Notes: generated by a model not told the origin, from the letters alone. Positions 23,640 to 32,975 are shown, numbered from the stretch's first letter. The stretch: DNA of 45,419 nt from a bacterium (GCA_043798435.1 JAZDOR010000128.1:1-45419), one strand, 5' to 3'. Numbers and translations are program-made.

Positions 23640-25883
23640 TTACCCTTCTATCGGCAGGCTTACCACAAACCTTGTGCCTACACCTACCTCGCTCTCTACC
23701 TCAAGCTTTCCAGAGTGCTCCTCAACAAATCTCAAGCAGACAGAAAGCCCAAGACCTATCCCCTTTGCCTTTACAGTATAGAATGGGTCAAATATCCTGG
23801 CCAAATTCTCCTTTTCTATCCCCGGGCCATTATCAGAGATACTCACCCTAACAAAATCCCCTTCTTTCTCACTTTTTACTTTTAACTTTTTACTTTTAAC
23901 TTCCTCCATCGCCTCTGTGGCATTTTTTATAAGATTAACAATCACCTGCTTCAGCCTTTCTGTATCACCCAGGATATTGGGCAATTCACCAAGCTCCTCC
24001 CTTACCTCTATCTCAGAAAGGGTATCTGGTGGTAGCTCATCTAAAGCCTCTTTGATGATATAATTCAGATCTACCTTGGTCTTCTTTAACTCAATAGGTC
24101 TTGAGATGTCAAGGAGGTCATTGATAAATCCTGTTGCCCTGAAAGTGGCGTTTTCCATACTATGAATAGTCTTTTGAGCCATATCATTCTCAGGGAGGAT
24201 CTCCTTAAGGAGATAGAGACCATTGGTTATAACCTGCAAGGGATTCCTCACCTCATGGGCAGCTTCTGCTGCAATTTGAGAAATGGTTGATAATCTCTCT
24301 GCATCTTTCAGCCTCTCTTCCATCCTTTTCTTTTCAGTGATATCCCGGAAGACCATAACTACGCCAAGTATATTGCCCTTTGCATCATAAATGGGTGCAC
24401 CGCTATCAGCGATTATCCGCTCCTGGCCATCTTTTCCAATGAGAAGTGTATTGTTGGCCAGGCCTACAATCATCCCAGAGCTAATCACCTTCTCTACAGG
24501 GTCCTCACACCTTTCTCTGGTCTGCTCATTAACGATATAAAAGACATCACTTGTATGCTTAGCAAGGGCATCCTTCTCTTTCCAGCCTGTCAATTCCTCA
24601 GCCACCTTGTTAAGCAGGACCACCAGCCCTTTTGTATTGGCAACAATGACACCATCGCCTATGCTCCGCAAAGTTACATCAAGCCGCTCCTTCTCCTCCT
24701 CAAACAGATTAGCCAACCCTCCAATCTGAAGAGAGACAGAGCTGATAGATTGAACAATGTCATGGCTCAGGATATTTATGGGCCTAAAAAACTCATCGTA
24801 ATCTGCTGCAGCAACTATAGACCACCTTGCCTCCTTTATGTTCAGGGGCATTGCATACTGAAACTTATCTATCACCTCACCTTTCATATTCATCCCCTGA
24901 TAGTAAGAGTAAAACTCATCTCCTTTTATTGCCCTGTCGTGCCAATCATAGAATCCGTGCAGGAATTCAGAGGGTCTATGCTCTTTTTTAAGCACATCCC
25001 TTTCTACATTTATCACCCTTTTATCAGGATGGAAGATTATCCTGCCTGTCTGGCGGTCAATTATGCCAATATAACCACCCTCTCCAACCTTCTGGGTGGC
25101 TAAGCTGATAAACCCTTCATTACTCTGCAAGCTGGGAAGGTCAATGGAGGTGTAATTGGCTAAATATATCTCTAATATAGCCTTTACATTTAGGACCTTC
25201 TCTTTCACAGACCTTATGGCTACTGCCTCCAGATTTTCCTTGAGCCTCTTAGCTACATCCCCTTCTAATCTGATAAGTGTTTCATAAAGTTTTTTGCTTA
25301 AGGTAGCCTCAGGCTCTCCCAGCCTCTTTATTAAGAGATATTGCCTTGCCAAAAATTTGGCTAAACTTGTATAAAACCACCTTTCTATGTTCTCATAAAG
25401 GAAGGAAAAGAATTCCCTCTCTGTCCACCCAAGTTTTTCAGAAAATAGAGAATAACATTCTGGGGTATATCTTGATAGCTTATCTGCGTCCTTGACAATG
25501 GCATCCTCTTTGCTGACAGGCTCTCTTCTCGTGTCATGCCACAATATAATCTCGGCAATCTCTTCTATCTCCTCCTTTGGTAAATTCAGGTCAGAGAGGA
25601 TCTTTTTGGCTATATTACTGCTCTCTATCTCGTGTTTGTGTCTCAATTCCACATCCTCTAATCTAAGGACAGGCTTCCTTACCCTTACCTCATCCTCGTG
25701 TGAGAAGATGTGCCAGCCTGTATCGTGCAGGATTGCCGCTGGAATGACTATCCTTTCATTACCTTCCTCTTCTTGGAGCAATCTCTTTGCCATCTCTAAG
25801 CTGGATAGAAGATGAACCAAATCTCTCTCATCCCGACAATACCCCTTAGCCTTCTCTAACATAGCCTCAAATAGTTTTTTCAT
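23640..25883 (-). CDS. Cytoplasmic multi-domain sensor histidine kinase (HD domain, Cache-like region, PAS, HisKA, HATPase_c)
   Basis: HD motifs (AAILHDTGW, WHDT, DADKLS). PAS (SIGDGVIVANTKG...FRDITEKK). H-box AAHEVRNPL. N/G boxes (LIKNATEA, ISDNGPGI, GIGLGLSV). No TM segment. Confidence 0.85.
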   Translation of the reverse strand: MKKLFEAMLEKAKGYCRDERDLVHLLSSLEMAKRLLQEEEGNERIVIPAAILHDTGWHIFSHEDEVRVRKPVLRLEDVELRHKHEIESSNIAKKILSDLNLPKEEIEEIAEIILWHDTRREPVSKEDAIVKDADKLSRYTPECYSLFSEKLGWTEREFFSFLYENIERWFYTSLAKFLARQYLLIKRLGEPEATLSKKLYETLIRLEGDVAKRLKENLEAVAIRSVKEKVLNVKAILEIYLANYTSIDLPSLQSNEGFISLATQKVGEGGYIGIIDRQTGRIIFHPDKRVINVERDVLKKEHRPSEFLHGFYDWHDRAIKGDEFYSYYQGMNMKGEVIDKFQYAMPLNIKEARWSIVAAADYDEFFRPINILSHDIVQSISSVSLQIGGLANLFEEEKERLDVTLRSIGDGVIVANTKGLVVLLNKVAEELTGWKEKDALAKHTSDVFYIVNEQTRERCEDPVEKVISSGMIVGLANNTLLIGKDGQERIIADSGAPIYDAKGNILGVVMVFRDITEKKRMEERLKDAERLSTISQIAAEAAHEVRNPLQVITNGLYLLKEILPENDMAQKTIHSMENATFRATGFINDLLDISRPIELKKTKVDLNYIIKEALDELPPDTLSEIEVREELGELPNILGDTERLKQVIVNLIKNATEAMEEVKSKKLKVKSEKEGDFVRVSISDNGPGIEKENLARIFDPFYTVKAKGIGLGLSVCLRFVEEHSGKLEVESEVGVGTRFVVSLPIEG

Positions 25884-25898
25884 TTTGTTTGGCGATTT

Positions 25899-26126
25899 TT
25901 ACATTACCTCCTTGAACCTTTCTATTGTTAAATCTGCATCTTCCAAGATACTTTTTAGGATTTTCGGATGAAGAATCTTGCTTAAATGATGAGGAACAGT
26001 TACTCTCCTGCCTTCTCTATTTTTGTATATTCTGTGTTTTCCGCTTTGCCGACTCAGAAAAAAACCTGCCTTTTCTAATGCCCGAATAGCATTAGCAGTA
26101 GTTATTCTTGGAAGCCTTTCAGTCAT
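25899..26126 (-). CDS. hicA: HicA-family mRNA interferase toxin
   Basis: ALEKAGFFLSRQSGKHRIYKN.EGRRVTVPHH. 4-nt overlap with the hicB-like gene. Confidence 0.8.
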   Translation of the reverse strand: MTERLPRITTANAIRALEKAGFFLSRQSGKHRIYKNREGRRVTVPHHLSKILHPKILKSILEDADLTIERFKEVM

Positions 26127-26347
26127 ACTACTACCTCCAATGAAGTCAAGCTAACTGACTCAGATCGTAGAATTTCCTCACCATTTTCTTTTCTGTCCTC
26201 TACATGTAATTGAATGGCGTCTTTAATATTTTCCAAAACCTCTTCATAAGTATCTCCCTGTGTATAGCATCCTTGAAAATCTGGACAGAAAGCATAATAA
26301 CCATCACTGGTTTTTTCAATTACTGCCGAAAAATGAAAAGTGTTCAT
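26123..26347 (-). CDS. hicB: HicB-family (UPF0150) antitoxin, short form
   Basis: FSAVIEKTSDGYYAFCPDFQGCYTQGDTYEEVLENIKDAIQLHVE. Confidence 0.8.
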   Translation of the reverse strand: MNTFHFSAVIEKTSDGYYAFCPDFQGCYTQGDTYEEVLENIKDAIQLHVEDRKENGEEILRSESVSLTSLEVVV

Positions 26348-26374
26348 CGCTTTTCCTCCTCTATTTTTAAAAAA

Positions 26375-26468
26375 TCGCTAAAGAAAATATTTACTTTTTC
26401 TATTTTTCGTTCTTTCGGGATTTCGTGATTATATTTTATTTCTCCAAAGTCTCCATGTCTCTGTAGTT
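26375..26468. repeat. Core-less, rearranged relative of the 172-bp element
   Basis: ctaaagaaaatattt ... tttttcgttctttcgggatttcgtg ... ttttatttctccaaagtctccatgtctctgtagtt matches the flanking parts of 23560-23600 and 27500-27536 but lacks the cacagat core. Confidence 0.6.
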
Positions 26469-26480
26469 AAACACCTACTT

Positions 26481-27311
26481 TCATTTTCTGTTCCATATTG
26501 TTTCAGGCCTTGCCTGGAGAATGACTATATCACTGTCAATAGCCCATTCAATATCCTGATAACAGCCGAAGTGCTTTTCTATCTTTCTACCAAGGGCGAC
26601 AAGCTCTCTAAGACGGCCTTCTCCCAACATATTTTCACCCTCTATCCTGTCAGTAACCTTGTCAACAATAAGGGAGATGGGGCTAGTCCCTCCCGAAAGG
26701 ATACCCTCAGAAAGACCAGCAGAATACTCCAGAAATATCTTTGAGCCATCCCCTGTGGCTGGGTTGACAGTAAACATCACCCCAGAAAAGCTCGGTTTTA
26801 CCATTTCCTGGATAATAACAGCCATAGCCATATTTGAAACCTCTGTAATCTTAAATCCCATCTTCCTTAGATGCGTCAGACATCTGAAAGAGAAAGCACT
26901 CTGCCAGCATTTTATGATAGATTCAAAAAGGTTTTCAGTCCTCACATTGAGGGATGTCTCATATAGTCCGGCAAAGCTTGATCTGCCCAAGTCTTCTATT
27001 ATTGATGAAGACCTGACTGCAAAGGGTGTTCGTATCTCTTTGCACGCATTGGTTATTTCATCAGCCATTACATCTGGAAAACTGCACAAAGCAAGAAGCT
27101 CCTCTATCTCTTTCCATCCCTCTTTTACCTCAAGCAACCCCTTGATTTTATCTTCTATCTCATTGAAGGAGATAAAGTCTAAGAATGCTTGGGTCGTTAG
27201 GGTGAACCCCTCTGGAGTCCGTATTCCAAGCATCTTTACCTCTTTCAGGTAGTAGCTTTTCGTTCCTACCTCAGACAGCGTCGCCTCATCAACCCCCCAT
27301 TTTATATACAT
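26481..27311 (-). CDS. PEP/pyruvate-binding (PPDK_N, ATP-grasp) domain protein
   Basis: GTKSYYLKEVKMLGIRTPEGFTLT, FAVRSSSIIEDL...SFAGLYETSLNV, AVIIQEMV, SGVMFTVNP, QDIEWAID. Start chosen at the ATG at 27311. The ORF-track extension runs into the repeat. Confidence 0.8.
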   Translation of the reverse strand: MYIKWGVDEATLSEVGTKSYYLKEVKMLGIRTPEGFTLTTQAFLDFISFNEIEDKIKGLLEVKEGWKEIEELLALCSFPDVMADEITNACKEIRTPFAVRSSSIIEDLGRSSFAGLYETSLNVRTENLFESIIKCWQSAFSFRCLTHLRKMGFKITEVSNMAMAVIIQEMVKPSFSGVMFTVNPATGDGSKIFLEYSAGLSEGILSGGTSPISLIVDKVTDRIEGENMLGEGRLRELVALGRKIEKHFGCYQDIEWAIDSDIVILQARPETIWNRK

Positions 27312-27338
27312 ATTTACCGAGATAGAAGTAAAAGGAGA

Positions 27339-27510
27339 AACACGAAAGCCCGAAAAAACGAAAACCCTAAAGAAGATATTTTTGACACAGATTAACACAG
27401 ATTACACTGATAAGAATTAAAAAATTATCTGTGAGTATCTGTGTAAATCAGTGTCTAAATATCTTTTCTGTGACCATCTGTGTATATCAGTGTCTAATTT
27501 TTTATTTCTC
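27339..27510 (+). repeat. 172-bp cacagat/atctgtg element, right copy of the inverted pair
   Basis: See 23423-23593. Lies between the two PEP-synthase-like genes. Confidence 0.95.
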
Positions 27511-27552
27511 CAAAATCTCCGTGTCTCTGCGGTTAATTTCTTCTTCACTTGG

Positions 27553-29463
27553 CTAAAGTGTTACCACTTCCACAGTCCCTTTTCCTCCATCAACCCTTAT
27601 GAACTGGCCCGTCTTGATAAGCTGGGTGGCTATGCCTGTGCCAACAACAGCAGGCATGCCATACTCCCGACAGACTATAGCCGCATGACTCATTATTCCA
27701 CCTGTATTAGTAACAATCCCAGAGAGTTTTCCAAATATTGGTGTCCAGGAAGGGGTGGTTATCGGGCAGACCATTATATCACCCTCTTCTATCGTATCTA
27801 AATCATCTACTGATAGGACCACCTTAGCCCTTCCCTCTACAATACCAGGTGAGGCAGGGTGCCCCTGTATCTTAGCCTCAGTACTTGCCTCAAGCCAGGC
27901 ATCTATCTTCTCAGAGACAACCCCCCAGAGCATAATGGTAAAAGGCTCGGTGATCTTCTCAGGTGGGGTGCCTAAGGCTGGGCCTGGTTGGTATTTTGCC
28001 AGAGCAGAAATTATCCCCCTTCTCTTGGCTATCTTTTCTGGCCAATAAAGGGGGCCCCTGGCCAAAGAACCAATCGCCCAGGAGGAACAAAGGTCATATA
28101 GTGCGGCAGAGACCTCATATCTATTCAGATAAAATATATCCTCCTCATCGCAGAAGAAGCCATTCTTCACAAAAACCCCGCCAAGTTGCCTCATCTTATT
28201 CCAGAATATGGTATGGTGCCAGTGTTCAACATAGAAGTTATGCTCTTCAACATAAGGAAAGACCGTTTTTGCCAAAGATAGCTTTTCAAGGAATGCCTTT
28301 TTCTCCTCCCCTGTCCTTAATAGCTCATAATAGCCATTACTTAGCCTCTCTGCCTCTCTTCGTATCTCCTCTTGTTGTCTTTCTATACTCTCTCCTGTCT
28401 CTAATTTTTTAATATACCCTTTTATGGCTGAGAACGGCACGGACAGGTCATCTATCCAGCTTCTTGGTAAATGGTAGAAGCCTGTGCCAGAGCTGAAATA
28501 AAACCAGGGGTCTTTAGCCTTCTCTAAAGCCTCCAGCCATTTTTTGCCAGCTGGAGTTTTCTGTAAGATTACTAATATCTCATCAATCCATGAGTTACTC
28601 TGATAGTTACCAGAAACTCCAAGACTGGTTGCAGGCTTTGCCAGATTTCTCAAGCTCTCATCCTCAAGATTGACTATCTCATCAATCCCTGAGGAAGCCA
28701 GAAAGATGTCAGAAACCCCAAGGCTGACAGCAAGCTTTGCCAAATTTCGGAGTTCAGTATCAGGCCTGAATAGGAGAACATCTATGCCCGCGACCATTTG
28801 GGTGATGGTCTGGTCAGAGATATCAGGAAAGACCTTCTTCATAAAGATTGAAAAGTCAAGAAAGGCAGCATAGCCAAGGTTCAGAAACTCAAAGTGAAAT
28901 GACCATATCCTGGACATACTTTCTAAAAGTCTGTTATATGCCTCCTGCAGCCGAAATCCTGTGGAAATGCCAACTGCATTACTGACTATAGCAATATCCT
29001 CTTTTTCAGGTAGATCCGGGATTTCTATCTTTTTTAATCCCTCAATCTCGACCGTTACCTTCTCCTTCCATTTGGCATAAAGGCTCTCCCAATTTTGATA
29101 GTAAAAACCTGCCCTTTCTGTAAAATCCTTTACCCTTTCCTCTATCTCCTTGGGATTGTCAACAGGGATTGGACTAAGATACACATATCCATTTAGAACC
29201 CTTATATCTATGCCTAATGCTGGGGGAACCATAAATACCCGTGTATTATATTGCCCTAATGAGGATATGGCTATTTCAGCTGTAAAGGTATCAAACGGAT
29301 ATAAAGGTGTGGTCCAATGCATAGTGTCGCAGAACCAGAACCTATCCTCAAATTCCCTGCGCTGGTCACTAAACAGAAGATAGTAAGGATACATCTCCTC
29401 CCAACCCTCTGCACCCTCTGGTGTTTTCACCTCATAAGACTTCGGAAACCTTTTTTCAGACAT
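27553..29463 (-). CDS. Large protein with a C-terminal PEP-utilising-enzyme mobile (swivel His) domain and an N-terminal domain of unknown function
   Basis: C-terminus: GHPASPGIVEGRAKVV...GDIMVCPITTPSWTPIF.KLSGIVTNTGGIMSHAAIVCREYGMPAVVGT. An internal ~33-aa tandem duplication (LRNLAKLAVSLGVS... / LRNLAKPATSLGVS...). Confidence 0.8.
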   Translation of the reverse strand: MSEKRFPKSYEVKTPEGAEGWEEMYPYYLLFSDQRREFEDRFWFCDTMHWTTPLYPFDTFTAEIAISSLGQYNTRVFMVPPALGIDIRVLNGYVYLSPIPVDNPKEIEERVKDFTERAGFYYQNWESLYAKWKEKVTVEIEGLKKIEIPDLPEKEDIAIVSNAVGISTGFRLQEAYNRLLESMSRIWSFHFEFLNLGYAAFLDFSIFMKKVFPDISDQTITQMVAGIDVLLFRPDTELRNLAKLAVSLGVSDIFLASSGIDEIVNLEDESLRNLAKPATSLGVSGNYQSNSWIDEILVILQKTPAGKKWLEALEKAKDPWFYFSSGTGFYHLPRSWIDDLSVPFSAIKGYIKKLETGESIERQQEEIRREAERLSNGYYELLRTGEEKKAFLEKLSLAKTVFPYVEEHNFYVEHWHHTIFWNKMRQLGGVFVKNGFFCDEEDIFYLNRYEVSAALYDLCSSWAIGSLARGPLYWPEKIAKRRGIISALAKYQPGPALGTPPEKITEPFTIMLWGVVSEKIDAWLEASTEAKIQGHPASPGIVEGRAKVVLSVDDLDTIEEGDIMVCPITTPSWTPIFGKLSGIVTNTGGIMSHAAIVCREYGMPAVVGTGIATQLIKTGQFIRVDGGKGTVEVVTL

Positions 29464-29474
29464 GATTATTCAAC

Positions 29475-29620
29475 TATGCCCAATGAAAATTGGTTTGCAA
29501 AAATTCAGACAGACATCAGACATCAGACTAAAAATCTTCCCTTTAAGTCTGAAGTCTAATGTTCTTGAGTCTATAGTCTTTTTTAACCATCTTTTTGCAA
29601 ACCTGATTTGTTTGGGTATA
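29475..29620. repeat. Class-2 word-hairpin element (cagac/gtctg core) with both termini
   Basis: tatgcccaatgaaaattggtttgcaaaaa ... cagacagacatcagacatcagac ... aagtctgaagtct ... ctttttgcaaacctgatttgtttgggtata. Confidence 0.8.
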
Positions 29621-29639
29621 TCTTCTTTTCTTCTACGGG

Positions 29640-29864
29640 TTAAGCACTTTTTCGAATTAATTTATTATCAAGTTCAAGTTTGTAGGAAAGGATTGTTTTG
29701 ATATTTATCTTCTTAGAGGCATTGAGTATTTCTATGCCAACTATTTTATCTTCAGATGCCATATCTAAATTCACACCCTCTGAAATCTCAACAACTCCAT
29801 CAGGCTTTTGGTTTCCTAACCTAATATACATGGCATCAACCTCATTATCATAATGTACTCTCAT
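29640..29864 (-). CDS. DUF2283-family small protein (putative antitoxin)
   Basis: YDNEVDAMYIRLGN.....VEISEGVNLDM.....IVGIEILNASK is the typical DUF2283 pattern. 4-nt overlap with the upstream gene. Confidence 0.7.
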   Translation of the reverse strand: MRVHYDNEVDAMYIRLGNQKPDGVVEISEGVNLDMASEDKIVGIEILNASKKINIKTILSYKLELDNKLIRKSA

Positions 29865-30088
29865 CTCTTCCTTCCTTTCTTCAGTGGATAGTTTGTTACT
29901 ACGGTTATTAAATCTTCTTCAACAGAGACGACTATTTTTAAGGGATATTTAAATCCCGAAATAGGTTTTATAATCTCATGTTCACCTTGATGTAAATTCA
30001 TGTTCCTTAAAATGTCTATTACCGTAGATTCTGAAATTCCGTAAAGTTTTGCTCGTCTTTTAGCATGACGTGAGAATTTTATCTCCAT
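29861..30088 (-). CDS. DUF4258-family small protein (putative toxin)
   Basis: IKFSRHAKRRAKLYGISESTVIDIL... resembles DUF4258, which commonly pairs with DUF2283. Confidence 0.6.
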   Translation of the reverse strand: MEIKFSRHAKRRAKLYGISESTVIDILRNMNLHQGEHEIIKPISGFKYPLKIVVSVEEDLITVVTNYPLKKGRKR

Positions 30089-30177
30089 CAGATATTATAC
30101 TCAACTAACTTAGGTTTCCAAATTTTCTTAAGTTTTTCCATCTTTCCTTCATTGCACCTGAACAGTTATAAATAGAC

Positions 30178-30726
30178 TTACTTCTTCTTCTTGATATCTT
30201 TCAGCTTTTTTCGCCTGAGGTAGTCTGCTACCAACTCTTGACACTTATCCTTTACGAAACCATACTTCTTTTCATAGACCAACATCTCTCCATCCTTATC
30301 AAAAAACCTGTTTACGCTTCTAAACCCCATTTGAAAGTAGAAATTCCTTGATCTTTGATCCTCTGGAATGTTCACAGTGATAAGCTGGAGATTATGCTTT
30401 TGAAGGAGATTCTCAAGGAATGTGACCAGATTTCTTCCCACACTCCTTCTCTGTCTGTCTGCCCTTGCTGCTAACCAGGTTATCTCATATTCTCTTTGCC
30501 ATTTCATTCTTCTGTATCCAATCACTCCAATAACCTCTAAATCCTCCATATAGACATAAAACCCTCCCTCTTCTGGCTCGGGTTTTTTCTTTAAAAAAGA
30601 TTTGATGTCCTCTTTTAACCTGTTTATGGCTAATGGATTGAAGAAATGTGGAAGTCCAGAGAAGATTTGAATGACAGAATCTACTGCCTGTTCATTTAAT
30701 GGTTGAATCATGGTATAAAAAAGCAA
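30178..30726 (-). CDS. GNAT-family N-acetyltransferase
   Basis: Acetyl-CoA binding region LAARADRQRRSVGRNLVTFLE plus NFYFQMGF. Lys-rich C-terminal tail. Confidence 0.7.
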   Translation of the reverse strand: MLFYTMIQPLNEQAVDSVIQIFSGLPHFFNPLAINRLKEDIKSFLKKKPEPEEGGFYVYMEDLEVIGVIGYRRMKWQREYEITWLAARADRQRRSVGRNLVTFLENLLQKHNLQLITVNIPEDQRSRNFYFQMGFRSVNRFFDKDGEMLVYEKKYGFVKDKCQELVADYLRRKKLKDIKKKK

Positions 30727-30749
30727 CTATTGCCCTTTTAAGATTAAAT

Positions 30750-30904
30750 CTGTAAACGAATAGAACGAATTAAACTAAAAAGAATAAATAGATTTGTTAA
30801 ATTCGCTTAATTCGTTTACCTATAAATCAAAATTGAAGAGGCACTACTCAAGTAGCAAGAATACAGAATTCAGGAGTCAGAATTCAGAATACCTGAACAG
30901 TTAT
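30750..30904. repeat. Two adjacent word hairpins (aacgaat/attcgtt, then cagaat words) ending in cctgaacagttat
   Basis: gtaaacgaat (30752-30761) pairs perfectly with attcgtttac (30810-30819). This is followed by caagaatacagaattcaggagtcagaattcagaatacctgaacagttat, which resembles a class-1 terminus. Confidence 0.65.
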
Positions 30905-30950
30905 AAAAAATTTCCTTAAAGGTTTTTTGAAAAAATGCCGATATATAAAT

Positions 30951-31009
30951 AAGGACGAGAGTGTAGGTGCGAACTTTCCCCTCCTATTCTACACCTACTT
31001 CTCGTCCTT
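30951..31009 (-). terminator. Possible intrinsic terminator of nusA
   Basis: Minus-strand RNA AAGGACGAGAAGUAGGUG...CACCUACACUCUCGUCCUU gives 9-bp and 7-bp helices with a small internal loop. It is followed by AUUUAUAUAU. The 5' arm includes the last codons and the stop. Confidence 0.4.
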
Positions 31010-32209
31010 ATTTTCTTTGTTTTTAACATAATCAAGAATGGTTTGAGCCTTTACCTTGCCTATCCCTTTTACTTCAGTAAGCCCTTCAATTCCTTTCCTG
31101 GCAACATCCCCGAAGTTCCGTATCCTTATCTTCTTAAGCTCTTTTATCAATACATCAGAAACCCCGGGTATGGAAGCTACATCTTTCTCTTCCCAGTACT
31201 GCTCTTCAGTTCGGACATCTAATTTGAAGCCTGTAAGTTTTGCGGCAAGCCTCACATTTTGACCATCGCGACCTATAGCCAGAGAAAGCTGGTCCTTATC
31301 TACAATAACTGTTGAACTTTTTTTCTCCTCATCCACAATCAACCTTTTTGTCTTAGCTGGAGAAAGGCTTAATGAGATAAACTCCTCATAATTATCTGAG
31401 AAAGGAATAACATCAATCTTCTCGCCTCCCAACTCATTCATCACAGAGCGAATCCTGCTTCCCCTCACCCCAACACAGGTTCCAACTGGGTCAAGCTCTT
31501 TCTTGGTTGATAAAATAGCTATCTTGGTTCTCATCCCCGGCTCTCTGGCTATTCTTTCAATCTTGATAAGCCCTTCTGCAATCTCTGGCACCTCCATTTC
31601 AAACAGCTTTCTTAGTAATTGAGGGTGTGTTCTTGATAGTATTACCCGTGTAGTGCGACCTACATCTTTTACATTCGCTATGTATGCCTTTATTCGGTCT
31701 CCAATTCTATACCTTTCCCTCTTTATCTGTTCTTCTTCTGGCAAAATAGCTTCAGTCTTTCCAAGGTCTACAAATATGGCATCTTCTTCTATCTTGCGAA
31801 CAAGTCCTGTGGCAATGTCTCCTTCCCTTTCCTTAAACTCCTTAAATATAACATTCCTCTCAGCCTCTCGTATTCTCTGAGTAACAACCTGCTTTACAGC
31901 CTGAGCTATTATACGAGAAAAATCTAAAGTAGGTTGTGAAATCTCAACTACATCTCCTATTTCAGCATCTTTTTTAATATCTCTTGCATCTTTTAGGAGT
32001 ATCTCCTTTGTTGAATCCTCCACCTTAGCCACAACATTCTTCAGGATAAAGACCATCAGATCACCCTTATCAGGGTCAAAAGATACCTTAACTTCAGCAC
32101 CTTCGTATCTCTTTTTGCAGACAGAGAGTAAAGACTCTTCTATCATTTCAAGAAGAATAGTCCTTGATATCCCCTTACTCTTTTCAATTTGAGCCAAAGA
32201 TTCTATCAA
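30995..32209 (-). CDS. nusA: Transcription termination/antitermination factor NusA
   Basis: N-terminal domain (EKSKGISRTILLEMIEESL), S1 domain, two KH domains (GVRGSRI, AIGRDGQNVRLA), C-terminal HhH. Non-ATG (TTG) start. Confidence 0.92.
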   Translation of the reverse strand: MIESLAQIEKSKGISRTILLEMIEESLLSVCKKRYEGAEVKVSFDPDKGDLMVFILKNVVAKVEDSTKEILLKDARDIKKDAEIGDVVEISQPTLDFSRIIAQAVKQVVTQRIREAERNVIFKEFKEREGDIATGLVRKIEEDAIFVDLGKTEAILPEEEQIKRERYRIGDRIKAYIANVKDVGRTTRVILSRTHPQLLRKLFEMEVPEIAEGLIKIERIAREPGMRTKIAILSTKKELDPVGTCVGVRGSRIRSVMNELGGEKIDVIPFSDNYEEFISLSLSPAKTKRLIVDEEKKSSTVIVDKDQLSLAIGRDGQNVRLAAKLTGFKLDVRTEEQYWEEKDVASIPGVSDVLIKELKKIRIRNFGDVARKGIEGLTEVKGIGKVKAQTILDYVKNKENKDEK

Positions 32210-32234
32210 TAAATTTTTCTTATTATAACCCCCT

Positions 32235-32267
32235 TTATATTTCTTGCTACTGCAAGAAATATCTTGA
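32235..32267. repeat. Family D hairpin atatttcttgc-tact-gcaagaaatat followed by cttga
   Basis: Same hairpin as 35867-35900. Degenerate relatives at 22826-22855 and 35797-35828. Confidence 0.7.
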
Positions 32268-32337
32268 ATTATAAAATTCTATATAACAAAAAGCAAACAA
32301 TTTTTTATAGCCAATGACTTACAGGTTTTTTCGTAAC

Positions 32338-32492
32338 TATACCGAGAATAAATCAGGTTTACAAAAAGATGGTAAAAAAGACCATGGACTTCAGACCATA
32401 GACACGAGACTCAGACTTTTTAATTAATATATCTTTTTAGTCTATAGTCTGATGTCTAAGTCTCGTGTCTATTTCGTTAGTCTGATGTCTAC
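32338..32492. repeat. Class-2 element with left terminus only (agac/gtct core)
   Basis: tataccgagaataaatcaggtttacaaaaa ... agacacgagactcagac ... gtctaagtctcgtgtct. On the minus strand the terminus reads TTGTAA-17-TATAGT, facing nusA. Confidence 0.8.
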
Positions 32493-32696
32493 ATAGAAAA
32501 CGAAAATATATAAAAATTAGCCTTTTTACGAAAGAGTCAAAGAGTCATTTTTAAACATTTTGGTTTATAAACAACAATTTAACCCAAAGGATGCAAAATA
32601 TGGGTAGTTACATAAATTTGCAAAAGTTCAGTAATTACCTTTTCTGTGGGATTTTTATTGACACAGATGAGAGCTTGAATATATCTTTTGTAAGTA

Positions 32697-32975
32697 ATGA
32701 GAAGGATGCTGGCTGAAATGAAAGTGGGCGAAATAGGAGTGATTTCCGAAATTCAAGGTGGAGAAAACTACACCAAAAGGCTTTCAACATTGGGAATCGT
32801 TGTTGGGGCAAATATTAAGAAGCTATCCCAACAAGCCCTTCGTGGACCTGTAGTTGTAGAGGTGGGCAGGTCAAAAATTGCCATTGGCTTTAGTCTGGCA
32901 AAAAAGATAGTGATGGAGGTAGAATTAGCTTTTGGAGACACGGAGAACTTTGGAGAAATAAAATATAAGAGATAA
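32697..32975 (+). CDS. feoA: FeoA-domain protein (orphan; no feoB follows)
   Basis: L.EMKVGEIGVISEIQGGENYTKRLSTLGIVVGANIKK......GPVVVEVGRSKIAIGFSLAKKI. Confidence 0.7.
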   Translation: MRRMLAEMKVGEIGVISEIQGGENYTKRLSTLGIVVGANIKKLSQQALRGPVVVEVGRSKIAIGFSLAKKIVMEVELAFGDTENFGEIKYKR

